Shown here: piece by piece, positions 39,169 through 49,402 of the stretch
How the letters are laid out: each line of letters begins with the position of its first letter
How positions within the stretch are numbered: position 1 is the stretch's first letter
From: a virus
Length of the DNA stretch: 64,000 nt
Strand: one strand, 5' to 3'
Virus record (IMG/VR): IMGVR_UViG_3300022666_000049
Location: 8,771-72,770 of that record
The notes under the pieces: generated by a model
Told to the model about the DNA's origin: nothing
Databases searched by the model: none
The model's input: only the letters and a program-made list of their open reading frames with translations
Position numbers and translations under genes: made by a program

Positions 39169-39422
39169 TTTTGATTTGCCTCTATTTCAAACCTATTTAA
39201 TTCATATCCTTTTGTTGCTAAATCCCAAAGATACAATATGGCAAAACCTATATACCAATATTTTCTCCATTGTTTTTTATGACAATCTTCATGAGCTTTC
39301 CATCTGGCCGATACTTCTTCTTTTGGCACATTATACCATGTTATATTGGCCAATGTTATAGCCCACGCTCTTTTATTCTTTGGTTTAAATATATTTGGAA
39401 ATTTTGAATTATATATGTCCAT
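39165..39422 (-). CDS. Small zincin-like metallopeptidase (HExxH; DUF4157-like, 85 aa)
   Basis: AITLANIT...AHEDCHKKQW...Y...NRFEIEA. Confidence 0.65.
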   Translation of the reverse strand: MDIYNSKFPNIFKPKNKRAWAITLANITWYNVPKEEVSARWKAHEDCHKKQWRKYWYIGFAILYLWDLATKGYELNRFEIEANQK

Positions 39423-39434
39423 GATTTTATCAAT

Positions 39435-39472
39435 AAAAAAGGGAGAGGGACTATACCCTCTCCCCTCTTTTT
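39435..39472 (-). terminator. Rho-independent terminator after the major capsid gene (possibly bidirectional)
   Basis: AAAAAA-GGGAGAGGG-ACTATA-CCCTCTCCC followed by CTCTTTTT; T-runs on both strands. Confidence 0.8.
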
Positions 39473-39492
39473 ATTCAGACAGAGTCTGGTTG

Positions 39493-40689
39493 TTAGCTAA
39501 GCTTGTTCGCAAGGGTCATTCCTTCAGGGAAGGTAATGGCAGAAGAATCAAGATTAACGTTAGTGACACCGAAGTCGGCAACACGATTAGGTACAACCTT
39601 AACATTTTTAACAACACCAACACCGCGACCTTCGTTCATGATATTGATACCATACTTCTCACGAAGTTTGATCATCTGGATATCACGCTCTGGGTCGGTC
39701 CACTGGTGATGATTAATGGTTTCGGCCTGGATGATTGCGCCAGCATTACCTGGATCTACAAAGTAGATATCAGTTAGCTTGCTGATTGGATCAAATGGAA
39801 CCTGTGGAGAAACCATGATACGGAAAGGAATCTGTGCCCAAGAAGGTAGAATTGGTGAACCTTTGAAGTCAACAGGCTTAGTTTCACCGGGGCGAGCACC
39901 ACCAGAAGACATACCTAAACCGTTGAAGAAGGAGTCACGCTTAACACCCTGTACATCGTATCCAGCCATAAGGTTTCCGCCACCATTTTGCCATGCGAAT
40001 ACTTTAAGGAATGGATCTTTTGCCCAGATTGCCCAAGTCATAGGATGCATAACGATTACAGATGGAGCGAAACCTTCTTGTAGCATTGCAGCATAGATAT
40101 CGAAGAAGTCTTCAGAACCAAAAGAATAGTTGAATGCGCCAGTAGAATCACGTCCAGAAAGAGCGCGACCAAGAACAGAAGCAGAAGGAGCTTTGTTATC
40201 AACTAGGGTTAGACCTTGCTTGCTAAAGAGGTTGAAGCAAAGAGCATTCTTCCTACGAGCAAAAGCACGACCAGCAGCACGGAGCCAGTAAGCAATTACA
40301 TCCCACTGGGACTGCTCAATCATTTCTTCAGTAAGTGCAAGCTTGAGACCGTATTTCCTAATGTCAATACGGATAACAGTTCCACCACCGAAGGTTACAG
40401 TTTCAGTACCGTACTCGGCACCGGCTGCGATTTCATCAACCATTTCCATTGCACCCTCTGCAGGCATGGTGATATAAACACCTTCCTTCTGAGAGATATT
40501 AACGAAAAGCTCGTTAGCAATAAGATATGGTTCAGCAGCTTCGCGAACGATCTCAGAGATGGCGACTGGTAGATATTTGGATAAATCGCCATGATTGAGA
40601 ATATCTTTAAGTTTTAGCTCTTCCTTATCTGCATCAGTAAGGTTTAGTTTTTTAGCAAGAGCTAGAAGTTTTTGTTCAAGGGTAATCAT
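39493..40689 (-). CDS. Major capsid protein (HK97 fold, 398 aa)
   Basis: AISEIVREAAEP, EIAAGAEY, IRKYGLKLALTEEMIEQSQWDVI..WLRAAGRAFARRK, IKLREKYGINIMNEGRGV; strongly biased codon usage; follows protease and decoration genes. Confidence 0.9.
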   Translation of the reverse strand: MITLEQKLLALAKKLNLTDADKEELKLKDILNHGDLSKYLPVAISEIVREAAEPYLIANELFVNISQKEGVYITMPAEGAMEMVDEIAAGAEYGTETVTFGGGTVIRIDIRKYGLKLALTEEMIEQSQWDVIAYWLRAAGRAFARRKNALCFNLFSKQGLTLVDNKAPSASVLGRALSGRDSTGAFNYSFGSEDFFDIYAAMLQEGFAPSVIVMHPMTWAIWAKDPFLKVFAWQNGGGNLMAGYDVQGVKRDSFFNGLGMSSGGARPGETKPVDFKGSPILPSWAQIPFRIMVSPQVPFDPISKLTDIYFVDPGNAGAIIQAETINHHQWTDPERDIQMIKLREKYGINIMNEGRGVGVVKNVKVVPNRVADFGVTNVNLDSSAITFPEGMTLANKLS

Positions 40690-40731
40690 TTTAAAGAAAC
40701 CTCCATTTAAATCTTTCTAAGTATAAAGTTT

Positions 40732-40759
40732 ATATCGGCCCCTTTACAGGGGCCGATAT
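40732..40759 (-). promoter_or_regulatory. GNRA-loop hairpin upstream of the major capsid gene
   Basis: Minus strand ATATCGGCCCCT-GTAA-AGGGGCCGATAT, perfect 12-bp stem, no U-tract downstream. Confidence 0.65.
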
Positions 40760-40767
40760 TGTGTTTG

Positions 40768-41946
40768 TTAGATTACAGCTTCAAAGTTAAGAGAAATACG
40801 AGCAATGTACTTAGGAGCATTTGCAATAGAAAGCATTGCGTTACGTCCATCAGTAGCAGAACCTGGACCTTCTTGCCATAGACCAAAGTCACGGAAGTAG
40901 GTGCGAACAAGAGCTAGGTCTTGTGAGCTACCTGCTTTAAGGTCAAGAATTCGACCGATCTTAGCTGTAGAACAACCAGTAGAACCGGTGATCTGGTAAT
41001 CAGAATTAATGTTGTAACCAACAGTTTTTCCGATGACATCTTTTACTTCATATGCGGTCTGTGCATTAGCAGTCTGACCTGTACCGATAATCTTGCCAGA
41101 ACCATAATCTACTTTTAAGCAAGCGAAAGGAAGGGCAACATTAGGAGTATAACGAACTTCCCAGCTAGCAGGTAGGGTATAGTTGAAGAGCAAGGTCCTA
41201 CCGATCATAGCATAAGAGGTTGGTACGGTTCCAGAAGCAGGTGGGGTTAGTGCAGCAGGAGAAGCCACTAGTGTAAGGGTCTTCTGTACTGGAGAACCTG
41301 CATCAGTTACATCATAGAAGGTTAGAGCAACTGCGTCAGGGTAAAGTGCGATACGATGCTCTTTAGCGCCTACAGTTAGAGCTTCAGCCCTCTGGTTAAT
41401 TTCAACGATAGGAACTTGGATATAAGCCTTACGAGAGTAAGCGCGTGATCCACCTGTATCGTAGCTATGCTTGAAGAAGGTAGAAGGGTCAGAGGGATCA
41501 GTACCTGGAGCCTGTAGTGCAGAGTAACGGATGAAACCAATAGGAGCATCAATTACATCTAGACCAGCAGCAGCTAAGCCAGTATAAACTTCATCACCTT
41601 CAACAACTGTAGCGGTGTTAGCAGCATTACGAACGCCAGCGGCTACGTCAGCAGCAGTGTACTTGAGTACACGGGAACCAGCATTGTTTGCTTTATCAAG
41701 GATAAGACCAGCACCAATTAGACGCTTGTTAGTGTCATAGGTGATAACCTTACCGGGCATTAGAACGAAATTTGAACCACCAATGCGATTTTCAGAGACA
41801 GCTACAGGTAGGTAATGAGCAGGATAGAATCCACCAGGAGGGTTGATCCCATCACCAATTTCTACGTCGTAACTAGGAGTTCCCTGAATAATCTGAGGTG
41901 CTTTTTCAAATTGTGCAAAGTAATTAGTACCTTTAAATCCAGCCAT
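40768..41946 (-). CDS. Head decoration / structural protein (392 aa)
   Basis: Between protease-scaffold and MCP; same high-expression codon bias as MCP; PAHYLPV...VLMPGKVIT. Confidence 0.6.
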   Translation of the reverse strand: MAGFKGTNYFAQFEKAPQIIQGTPSYDVEIGDGINPPGGFYPAHYLPVAVSENRIGGSNFVLMPGKVITYDTNKRLIGAGLILDKANNAGSRVLKYTAADVAAGVRNAANTATVVEGDEVYTGLAAAGLDVIDAPIGFIRYSALQAPGTDPSDPSTFFKHSYDTGGSRAYSRKAYIQVPIVEINQRAEALTVGAKEHRIALYPDAVALTFYDVTDAGSPVQKTLTLVASPAALTPPASGTVPTSYAMIGRTLLFNYTLPASWEVRYTPNVALPFACLKVDYGSGKIIGTGQTANAQTAYEVKDVIGKTVGYNINSDYQITGSTGCSTAKIGRILDLKAGSSQDLALVRTYFRDFGLWQEGPGSATDGRNAMLSIANAPKYIARISLNFEAVI

Positions 41947-41964
41947 TTTTATAATTCCTCCAAA

Positions 41965-43890
41965 TTATACATTTCTAAATAAGTTTATGAAAGCTTTAAC
42001 GATCTCTTTATCTGTTAGAACTTCAGGTGTAGAGTCAGAATCATTTAGATTTGTATCGTCTGTTTTATCACCATCATCACTACCAGCATCAGAGTCGTTT
42101 AGTGTGGGGTTATCAATAGTTGTGATTTCTGTAGTGTTATTAAAAGGGGTAGTTGTAATCTGTGCTCTTAACTTACTAAAATCACTTTTTTGTTTTAATA
42201 GTGCATCATATGGAAGCTTCATTAATGCAGCTTTCTCAGCATCTTTGTCGCTATCAGCAATTTTAAGTTCTTCTCTAAATGATACTATTTCGTCAACTAA
42301 TGCTACTCTAATAGTATGATTTAGCTCCATATTTTGCTCTTCAAGGATTGCAATTTCTTCATCTCTTTCTGCGATTGAATCCTTTAGTCCTTTTACTTCT
42401 TCCTGAATTGAGTCGAACATTCCTTTTTCACATGCTTCTTTACCACATCCTACGAGGAAGTCAGTTACTCTGTTATTAAGTGCCTCACCTGCCCACCTAA
42501 GATTGCCAGCAAAAGATACAAGCATATTAAATACTTCATTAATAGGATTTGTAGCAGAAGCATCCTTAAGTTCTACGGTGCCATCTTCTTTTTCTTCAAA
42601 TTCTACTTTCTCAATTTCAGCTTTGATTGTCTCAAGAGCATCTGCTAGTACATTTACTGATTCAGTAGGATCTTCGACTTCTGTACCTTCTTCAGTAGTT
42701 TCACCGTCCTCAATTTTAAATTCGATACCTAGTTTTTTAGCTGCTCTACCAATAGATGTAATAGCTTTTTCTTTTTCTGATTCAGTTAGGTCTTCTGCTT
42801 TACCAATTAGTTGAACGCCTGCTTTTACATTTTCGGCGTTATGGATAGGAAATCTACGCTTAATGCCATCTTCTGTTTTCTGAACAATGGCAAAATCCCT
42901 ATTGGTTAATTCACCCATTACTTCATCAGAAAGTTTTAGTGACTCTTCAACATTAACATCTTCACTATCTGTGAGCTTAATGTCTTTAAGTTGATCGGCA
43001 TTGAACTCGTCAATATAGCTTACATTGAGAGTTTTCTGCCCTTCTTTCTGCTTTCTCATTTTATCCTCCGGTTCATTTATAACTTTGCAGATATTATCCA
43101 TACAAACAATCTTCTTCCCCTCTGCTTGTTTAAAGAAGTCTCTTGCAAGAATAATATCAACATCAGCCTTTATGGTTACTGGCTCTGCTTCACATGTTAC
43201 TTCTTCTCCATCATGGATAAAAGTAATCTTCCCAAATTTGTCAGCTGGTTTAGGAACAAAAGATAATTCCTCATAAACTAAATCTTCAGCTAACATGAAT
43301 ATGCCATTTCCTTTTCTTGGATAATGGTCACATATTTTCTTTACTTGATCTTGTCCACACTCTGAACATATCAATTTATTTGGTTTTGCTCCAATGGATA
43401 CATATAAAAACTCAGAATCCATTATTTTCTGGATGCCATCTTTATGATCAATCTTACCAACAAGTTGACAGTACGCTAAGCCATTATAGTTATGGTCTGA
43501 GTCCTGTAATGGAATAATTACTTCTTTACATAATTCCATATACTGTTTTGTTGTTAAATTCTCTAAAGATATTCCCTTGTTAATAAGGGAATTATAATAT
43601 GCAGTCTCTTTATAGTCTGCAGCTATAACTCTTCCAAATTTATCTGAGAGTTTAGGCATATGATTTTCTATAATAGGTTTTGTATCTGGATAAACAAATG
43701 TAGGTATACAATCCCTTACTGTATCATGTCTATATATCGTATTGTTTTTATTTAAGAATGCATAGTGTGATGCATCTATTGTAACAACTACATTGTCTTT
43801 CTTTCTTATGCTATCTTCTAGTTTTATTAGCACTTTATCTGAAAGACTTATGTTGTATATTTCATTTAAATAGATTTGATTAAATACCAT
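41965..43890 (-). CDS. Prohead protease fused to scaffolding region (641 aa)
   Basis: IDASH, KPIIENH...GRV, YVSIG, CSECG...CDH, EELSFVPKPAD protease pattern; acidic coiled-coil C-terminal half. Confidence 0.85.
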   Translation of the reverse strand: MVFNQIYLNEIYNISLSDKVLIKLEDSIRKKDNVVVTIDASHYAFLNKNNTIYRHDTVRDCIPTFVYPDTKPIIENHMPKLSDKFGRVIAADYKETAYYNSLINKGISLENLTTKQYMELCKEVIIPLQDSDHNYNGLAYCQLVGKIDHKDGIQKIMDSEFLYVSIGAKPNKLICSECGQDQVKKICDHYPRKGNGIFMLAEDLVYEELSFVPKPADKFGKITFIHDGEEVTCEAEPVTIKADVDIILARDFFKQAEGKKIVCMDNICKVINEPEDKMRKQKEGQKTLNVSYIDEFNADQLKDIKLTDSEDVNVEESLKLSDEVMGELTNRDFAIVQKTEDGIKRRFPIHNAENVKAGVQLIGKAEDLTESEKEKAITSIGRAAKKLGIEFKIEDGETTEEGTEVEDPTESVNVLADALETIKAEIEKVEFEEKEDGTVELKDASATNPINEVFNMLVSFAGNLRWAGEALNNRVTDFLVGCGKEACEKGMFDSIQEEVKGLKDSIAERDEEIAILEEQNMELNHTIRVALVDEIVSFREELKIADSDKDAEKAALMKLPYDALLKQKSDFSKLRAQITTTPFNNTTEITTIDNPTLNDSDAGSDDGDKTDDTNLNDSDSTPEVLTDKEIVKAFINLFRNV

Positions 43891-43891
43891 T

Positions 43892-44380
43892 TTAATTACC
43901 TAACTGTGAGTCTATAAGTAATAGTGCAGCTGCATTATCCCCAGCTACCCTCAATTGAGCTAATATATCATAGATAAAGTTTTCTTCTTCTATTTGCTCT
44001 AGAAGCATGTCATTTAAGAAGATTTCAGTTAATTGATCATCTACATTTATTGCTTCTTGCCTAATTTTCTTTAACTCAGCAGTTGTTTCTTTTTCTCTCA
44101 TAAGAGCTATTTCAAATATCTCTTTTAGAGTTTCTGCATTTCTTATAGGCTCTACTATACCAGTAATAAGTGGTAAGTGATCTCTATCAAGAATGTATTC
44201 AAAGACTTTGTTAAAATGATCTAACTCATCTGAGTATTGTGACTTAAGCTTAGATTCTGTATTTAAAAAACCAAGCTGGTTAGCAACGGCTGATAGCTGT
44301 CTATAAAGTGCAGCATTTCCTAACTCTATGTTAACTTGATTATTTAATAAGCCTAGTAATTTTGGTGTTATATTTGCCAT
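43892..44380 (-). CDS. Non-haem ferritin (FtnA-like, 162 aa)
   Basis: LNNQVNIELGNAALY, SDELDHFNKVFEYILDR, ALMREKETT, FLNDMLLEQIEEE: ferroxidase-centre-type E, Y, E-x-x-H, E, Q, E residues. Confidence 0.85.
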   Translation of the reverse strand: MANITPKLLGLLNNQVNIELGNAALYRQLSAVANQLGFLNTESKLKSQYSDELDHFNKVFEYILDRDHLPLITGIVEPIRNAETLKEIFEIALMREKETTAELKKIRQEAINVDDQLTEIFLNDMLLEQIEEENFIYDILAQLRVAGDNAAALLLIDSQLGN

Positions 44381-44394
44381 GTAATTACCCTTTT

Positions 44395-46434
44395 TTATTT
44401 GTTATTAAGTATCTTAATTTTTAATCGTGAGTTAGGATGATATGGCGGTATATTTTTAAGTATAGTATAATTATCTATATTTATTTTTTGTCCGATATAC
44501 TCAGAGCTGGCGCTAGAAATATTATCGATATCGCTATATATGATAAACTCATTTTTACCGTGCTCCAAAGAAAGTAAACTATAGCCATAATTATATCCTC
44601 TAATTTTTTCTGTCCTATTTGCCATTCCTACTCTTGCAGAAGCCTTATTTAGACTCTCTTTATCTTTACAAATCATATTTACAACATTATCTCTTATCTC
44701 ATCCAATGGTTGGAATATATTATGTGTTATATCAACATCATAATCCTTTAGGCCTAAATCTTTTGCTGCAGCTTCCATTCCTTCTTTTATGGATTCAATC
44801 ATATTATACTTTATTCTGTCATAAGTATATTTTGTTGCAAGCATTATATCTAATCTGTTTGATGTAGGCTTTTTATTGTAAATGTTTTCTATAGAATTTT
44901 TAAACTCATCTTGTAATGATATGCTTTCGATAGAATCTTTTATAGCAATACTATCCTTATGTTTTACAATATTGCTATTAGTTTTTGATGCCTTGATACT
45001 ATCTCTTTCTGCTGCGCTTTTATCTTTTTGAGCCTGCTCTTCTTTGCTGAACTTGCTCGATATACCTGGTGCGGTATAATTATCTATATCATCATCTGTA
45101 ATGTCTTTATGTCCGAGCTTATTCCTTGTTTCGTGTATAGTTTTGACACCTTTTGTATATAGGTCAGCTTCATGATTTTCAGATCTAATCTTCCATTCAA
45201 TATCAATCTCTTGGAATAATAATTTTACTTCAGTTTCTTCATCAAAAATATCGCTATAATTAGATTGAAGCATCATTTCGTCTAATACTTTTTCTTTAAA
45301 CTGCTGAGACAGTTCTTGCTGTATAAATTTGACACCATCTATAATTTGTCCAGACAATGTATCTGCTGTACCATTAGTTGTTGTACTTCCTATGCCAAGG
45401 TCTATTTCAGATACACCTAATCCACTAAATACCCTTTGTTGGAAATATTTAAGAAAAGGAAAGGCATCTACACCTTTGCCATTGTTTCCAATAAATTCAA
45501 TCTCATGACGATTGTCTGTAGCAATACCTCCATCTTGCATCATATTTTTCATATCAGACTGTGCTCTTTCGAGTTCAGTTAGACCACTTCTATGATCTAT
45601 AATAGATGGATTTTCTACTTTATAATGGATGATAGGGAATAAATCTCTATAAATTAAAAGCTGTATATCTTCTTCAATCTTTCTTAAAGTCCTTATATCA
45701 TCTATAACAGGAATTATTTCTGGCATACCAAATACCATCCCATCTTCCTTATATAGTGTGAAGTGGACTATATCATCTGGATCAAACTCTTTTTGTATAC
45801 CTCTTCTGTTTGTATGTACCCATTTTTCGATTATAAGCCTTATTCCTGTTTTCTGTGATGCATCTTTTATAAACTTAAACTTTGGCTTCATAGTAGTTGG
45901 GTGAACGGTAAATAAGCCAGATATTGGCTTCATTTCTTTCCCATCTTTCTTGTATGACTTGCCATACTTAGGATCATCACTCCTAGTTTTTATAAGAAAT
46001 GCATTGCTTGCTGCTATTAAATAAAATGCAACCTGTTTAATTACTGTATCAATTGAGGATCCTGTTTCAAGTTGCATTAATTTAAATCTATCATTTATAT
46101 ATTTTTTCTTTTCATCATCATCTGAATGAATAGACATTCCAGACTTAGTTAACAGTCCATGCTTTTTTTGTGTTGCTTTTAAAAAATATGCTTCATGTTT
46201 TAATAGCTTAAATACTGCAACTAGATCGTATTCTGATTCAGCATACATATAAGTAAGCTGATTTGGTGATTCAAAATAACGGGTAACTGGAGGTTTAATA
46301 GTTTTGATATCCTTGGCAACTTTTGAAACAATTCTGCTGCTGGAACTACTAAAGGATTCAGTCTTGTCCATTACTTTGATAATATTGCTAGCACTTTGAA
46401 ATGCTTTTTCGGTTGGTTTTATAAGCAATTTCAT
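44395..46434 (-). CDS. Portal protein (679 aa)
   Basis: LFTVHPTTM, FDPDDIVHF...GMVFGMPEIIPVIDDIRTLRKIEE, RVFSGLGVS...TADTLS..., KTIHETRNKLG. Confidence 0.85.
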   Translation of the reverse strand: MKLLIKPTEKAFQSASNIIKVMDKTESFSSSSSRIVSKVAKDIKTIKPPVTRYFESPNQLTYMYAESEYDLVAVFKLLKHEAYFLKATQKKHGLLTKSGMSIHSDDDEKKKYINDRFKLMQLETGSSIDTVIKQVAFYLIAASNAFLIKTRSDDPKYGKSYKKDGKEMKPISGLFTVHPTTMKPKFKFIKDASQKTGIRLIIEKWVHTNRRGIQKEFDPDDIVHFTLYKEDGMVFGMPEIIPVIDDIRTLRKIEEDIQLLIYRDLFPIIHYKVENPSIIDHRSGLTELERAQSDMKNMMQDGGIATDNRHEIEFIGNNGKGVDAFPFLKYFQQRVFSGLGVSEIDLGIGSTTTNGTADTLSGQIIDGVKFIQQELSQQFKEKVLDEMMLQSNYSDIFDEETEVKLLFQEIDIEWKIRSENHEADLYTKGVKTIHETRNKLGHKDITDDDIDNYTAPGISSKFSKEEQAQKDKSAAERDSIKASKTNSNIVKHKDSIAIKDSIESISLQDEFKNSIENIYNKKPTSNRLDIMLATKYTYDRIKYNMIESIKEGMEAAAKDLGLKDYDVDITHNIFQPLDEIRDNVVNMICKDKESLNKASARVGMANRTEKIRGYNYGYSLLSLEHGKNEFIIYSDIDNISSASSEYIGQKINIDNYTILKNIPPYHPNSRLKIKILNNK

Positions 46435-46455
46435 TATTTGTATTCCTTATATTTA

Positions 46456-47862
46456 TTAATTACACTTTTTATCGAACTGATAAGTAATAGTTGCTGTGTT
46501 TGGATTTATATTATAGTTTTCATCTAATATATTGTTTAATATTCCATTATTAATGAATTCTTTTATCTGATCTGGAGCATTATTTAATATGTTATATGAA
46601 CTCTTAATTGTATTCTCATCAATTACTATATTGTCTGGAGAAGCAAAATCCTTAAACTTTTCAGCTATATCATCAATATCTTCATATGTAGCTGCATCAC
46701 TCTTAATTGTATAACTTGGAAGGGATGACAATGTATATCCAAATGGATTAATACTATCTTTGCTATCTAATAAATTACCAGCACTCATTAAAGATGTATA
46801 TTTTGGAGCTGACGCATTGCCAGTACATGGTTCTACACCACACCCTCTGGCTATCTGCATAAAGTTTCCACTAACATATTTTAATGCTTCTGTAAGAGCA
46901 GCTAGTTCTAAAGACCACCCTAGATTTTTATTTATTTGTCTAAACTTTAAGTTAAATCCATTATTCGCTGCAAATATATCTGATATCTCTTGTTTTATTT
47001 TACTTTTTAATGAACTTATAGTCTGTAAAATACTTATACGTATCCTATCTGCCATGTTATTAAAACATTCTTGAGGGACTAGGTTATTTATAAGATCTTC
47101 AACTGGACCAAAGATTTTATTTAATACTTCGTCAGCAGCCTGCAATAACATCCCTTGTAATGCAAATAGAACGTTCTGTGCAAGATCCCAAATTCCAATA
47201 CCGGTGAAATCTGGCATTGTAAATTTAAAATTTTTAGAAAAATTTAAAGCATCTAGTACACTTTGCACATTTTCATAAATACTAATTGGGGCGGCTAAGA
47301 TAGTACTTATTGCCTCAGGAACATTCATTTGAGCACCATCTGATGTCTCTTGAATATTAGAGAATATTTGATCTATACTGGAAACGATAGTCTCTGCAGC
47401 ATCTGCAGTTGCATTGAATGTTTCTATTGTATTATTTAATGCTCTTGCCCCTGTATTTAATATAGAAATCCCATTATTTATATCTCTAATGGTTTCGTAT
47501 AAAGAATTCCTTGCAGAACAAGACATTGTGCTTATTAAAAAACAGAACACTGCACAGAGAATGTCTGTACCCTTAATGTTAAATGTCTGCAATAAAAATG
47601 CAGACTGTAAAGATTTATCGACCTCTTTTCCGAGATCATGAAATGTATCAATGATTACTTTGCTTGGAGCATAATAGTCTAACACCTTTATCTTTTTGTT
47701 TGCTTCATTGAATAAAGATGCAGAGTTGACTTGACTATTATAGACATTGCCATCTTTGATAGGTATGTCTACGCCGTTAACGCTAATGGTTAGAGCATTG
47801 CTTTTTAATTGATTGCCAAGCTTTGTAAAAGTAGCTTTATTTGTAAAATCGCTAATTTGCAT
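46456..47862 (-). CDS. Hypothetical protein (468 aa)
   Basis: Long ORF in the co-oriented block; helical, several Cys pairs; no family recognised. Confidence 0.5.
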   Translation of the reverse strand: MQISDFTNKATFTKLGNQLKSNALTISVNGVDIPIKDGNVYNSQVNSASLFNEANKKIKVLDYYAPSKVIIDTFHDLGKEVDKSLQSAFLLQTFNIKGTDILCAVFCFLISTMSCSARNSLYETIRDINNGISILNTGARALNNTIETFNATADAAETIVSSIDQIFSNIQETSDGAQMNVPEAISTILAAPISIYENVQSVLDALNFSKNFKFTMPDFTGIGIWDLAQNVLFALQGMLLQAADEVLNKIFGPVEDLINNLVPQECFNNMADRIRISILQTISSLKSKIKQEISDIFAANNGFNLKFRQINKNLGWSLELAALTEALKYVSGNFMQIARGCGVEPCTGNASAPKYTSLMSAGNLLDSKDSINPFGYTLSSLPSYTIKSDAATYEDIDDIAEKFKDFASPDNIVIDENTIKSSYNILNNAPDQIKEFINNGILNNILDENYNINPNTATITYQFDKKCN

Positions 47863-48050
47863 TATTCTATTTCTAAATTATAACTTTCTAAAGGATTTAA
47901 CAAACTTTCTATTCTGTATCTTAGTAGTTTAAGATGTGCATACTGTTGAGCGAATACTGCTTTAGAACTCTTATCTTCAGATGCTTTTTCTATAAAGAAA
48001 TCAAAAATCTTTTTGGCACTAGTATAATTATTATAATCCATATCCCACAT
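47862..48050 (-). CDS. Hypothetical protein (62 aa)
   Basis: Overlaps both neighbours in the operon. Confidence 0.35.
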   Translation of the reverse strand: MWDMDYNNYTSAKKIFDFFIEKASEDKSSKAVFAQQYAHLKLLRYRIESLLNPLESYNLEIE

Positions 48051-48378
48051 CCTTATTTGCAGCTTCTTTTACTTTACCTGGATTTCTATTGTATACATCT
48101 TTTGTTCCCTTTGTTATTGTATATCTCATTTTACTTTCTATGGGATTTAATATCATAGGGAAGTTATGTATATTACTATTGTGCTGCATAAATAGCTTTT
48201 TCAGATAGTCTTCCATCTCTTCTCTTGTAGGATAATCAAAGTTTATAAGTTTATATAATAGATCATAACAACCTGCTATTTGCACAGACCATTTCTTCTT
48301 TTCTGGAACAACTGGTATATTTACTTTTACTTTGGAAGCAGTTAGTGCCTCAACTAATTTTGCAGAATCTATGCTCAT
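48031..48378 (-). CDS. Hypothetical protein (115 aa)
   Basis: ATGA-coupled to the upstream gene. Confidence 0.45.
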   Translation of the reverse strand: MSIDSAKLVEALTASKVKVNIPVVPEKKKWSVQIAGCYDLLYKLINFDYPTREEMEDYLKKLFMQHNSNIHNFPMILNPIESKMRYTITKGTKDVYNRNPGKVKEAANKDVGYGL

Positions 48379-48767
48379 GGTCTTTTTCCAGATAGACTTA
48401 CAAGTGTCATATTTACATAGTTTTCAATTATATCATCTACAGCCTGCTTAAACATGCTGAATGTTACTGTGTTCCCAGTTCCACCATATGCCTTGATTGC
48501 CTGAATTATATCATCTCGATCTGTTGAATAGGATAGTTCATCAACTAATTTATCTGCATTAGTTATTAGATAATCTACCGTCTCTAGCCTTTTGTTATAT
48601 TCTTCTATAACTTTTAGATGATCTACTATTCTTTCTGCAACTTTAATTGATTCTTTTTCTACTATATCTTTTGAGACTAGGCTTCCTTGAGAATCTGTCT
48701 CTGATATATTATCATTTTGTATTTTTGCAGGCTTATATGATATATCTTTACGCTCAAATATACTCAT
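48375..48767 (-). CDS. Hypothetical protein (130 aa)
   Basis: Co-oriented, tight spacing. Confidence 0.45.
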   Translation of the reverse strand: MSIFERKDISYKPAKIQNDNISETDSQGSLVSKDIVEKESIKVAERIVDHLKVIEEYNKRLETVDYLITNADKLVDELSYSTDRDDIIQAIKAYGGTGNTVTFSMFKQAVDDIIENYVNMTLVSLSGKRP

Positions 48768-48769
48768 TC

Positions 48770-49393
48770 TTAAACACCTACTACATCTAGCTCTTCTGAG
48801 TAGGATATGTCTATAAAATAATCTCGTATTGTAAATAGAGATGGGTTGCTTAAAAAATTTATCTTTAAGCGTATTGGCTTATAAGACATATCAAATAAAG
48901 TAGAATTTCCTAGATATGGAATATATAGTCCTGATTTTCTATTTGACCAAGAATAATTAGATAATTCATCATATCCATAGCTAAATTTTACTTCTATATC
49001 TCCGTCATTAGAGATTGGGACATAATTTGTTTTATAGCTATTTCTAAGAATTATATTTGAGGTAAATGTAAAACCCTCATATACAGACTCTAAATATAGC
49101 TTATCTTCTGTAGAAGGTACGCTTAGGTAAATATCTGTATCTTTTCTTACTACACCAGTAGCATAATTACTTACACCACTAACCTCTTTCATCAAAGAGA
49201 CAACTATGCCTTTGTAGTATTTTAAAGGATTGTCATTTCTTAGATATATAACAGACTCTAATGAGTTATAGCTACTAGTAGAATTAAAAGCAAATGGCAA
49301 TATTACTGGATTTGTAAAGTTGCCATCTTCGCTTATTTTCTGCTCTAATCTTTTATTTGTAAATGGTACAGACTCTTGGAATAGTGTTAACAT
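48770..49393 (-). CDS. Hypothetical (possibly structural) protein (207 aa)
   Basis: SD GAGGA; beta-rich appearance; follows terL. Confidence 0.45.
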   Translation of the reverse strand: MLTLFQESVPFTNKRLEQKISEDGNFTNPVILPFAFNSTSSYNSLESVIYLRNDNPLKYYKGIVVSLMKEVSGVSNYATGVVRKDTDIYLSVPSTEDKLYLESVYEGFTFTSNIILRNSYKTNYVPISNDGDIEVKFSYGYDELSNYSWSNRKSGLYIPYLGNSTLFDMSYKPIRLKINFLSNPSLFTIRDYFIDISYSEELDVVGV

Positions 49394-49402
49394 TATGTCC
49401 TC

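Noticed and set aside
32286-41946. Higher GC and distinct codon usage of sheath, capsid and decoration genes as a sign of horizontal transfer
   Set aside because: Confined to the most abundant virion proteins; better explained by translational selection.
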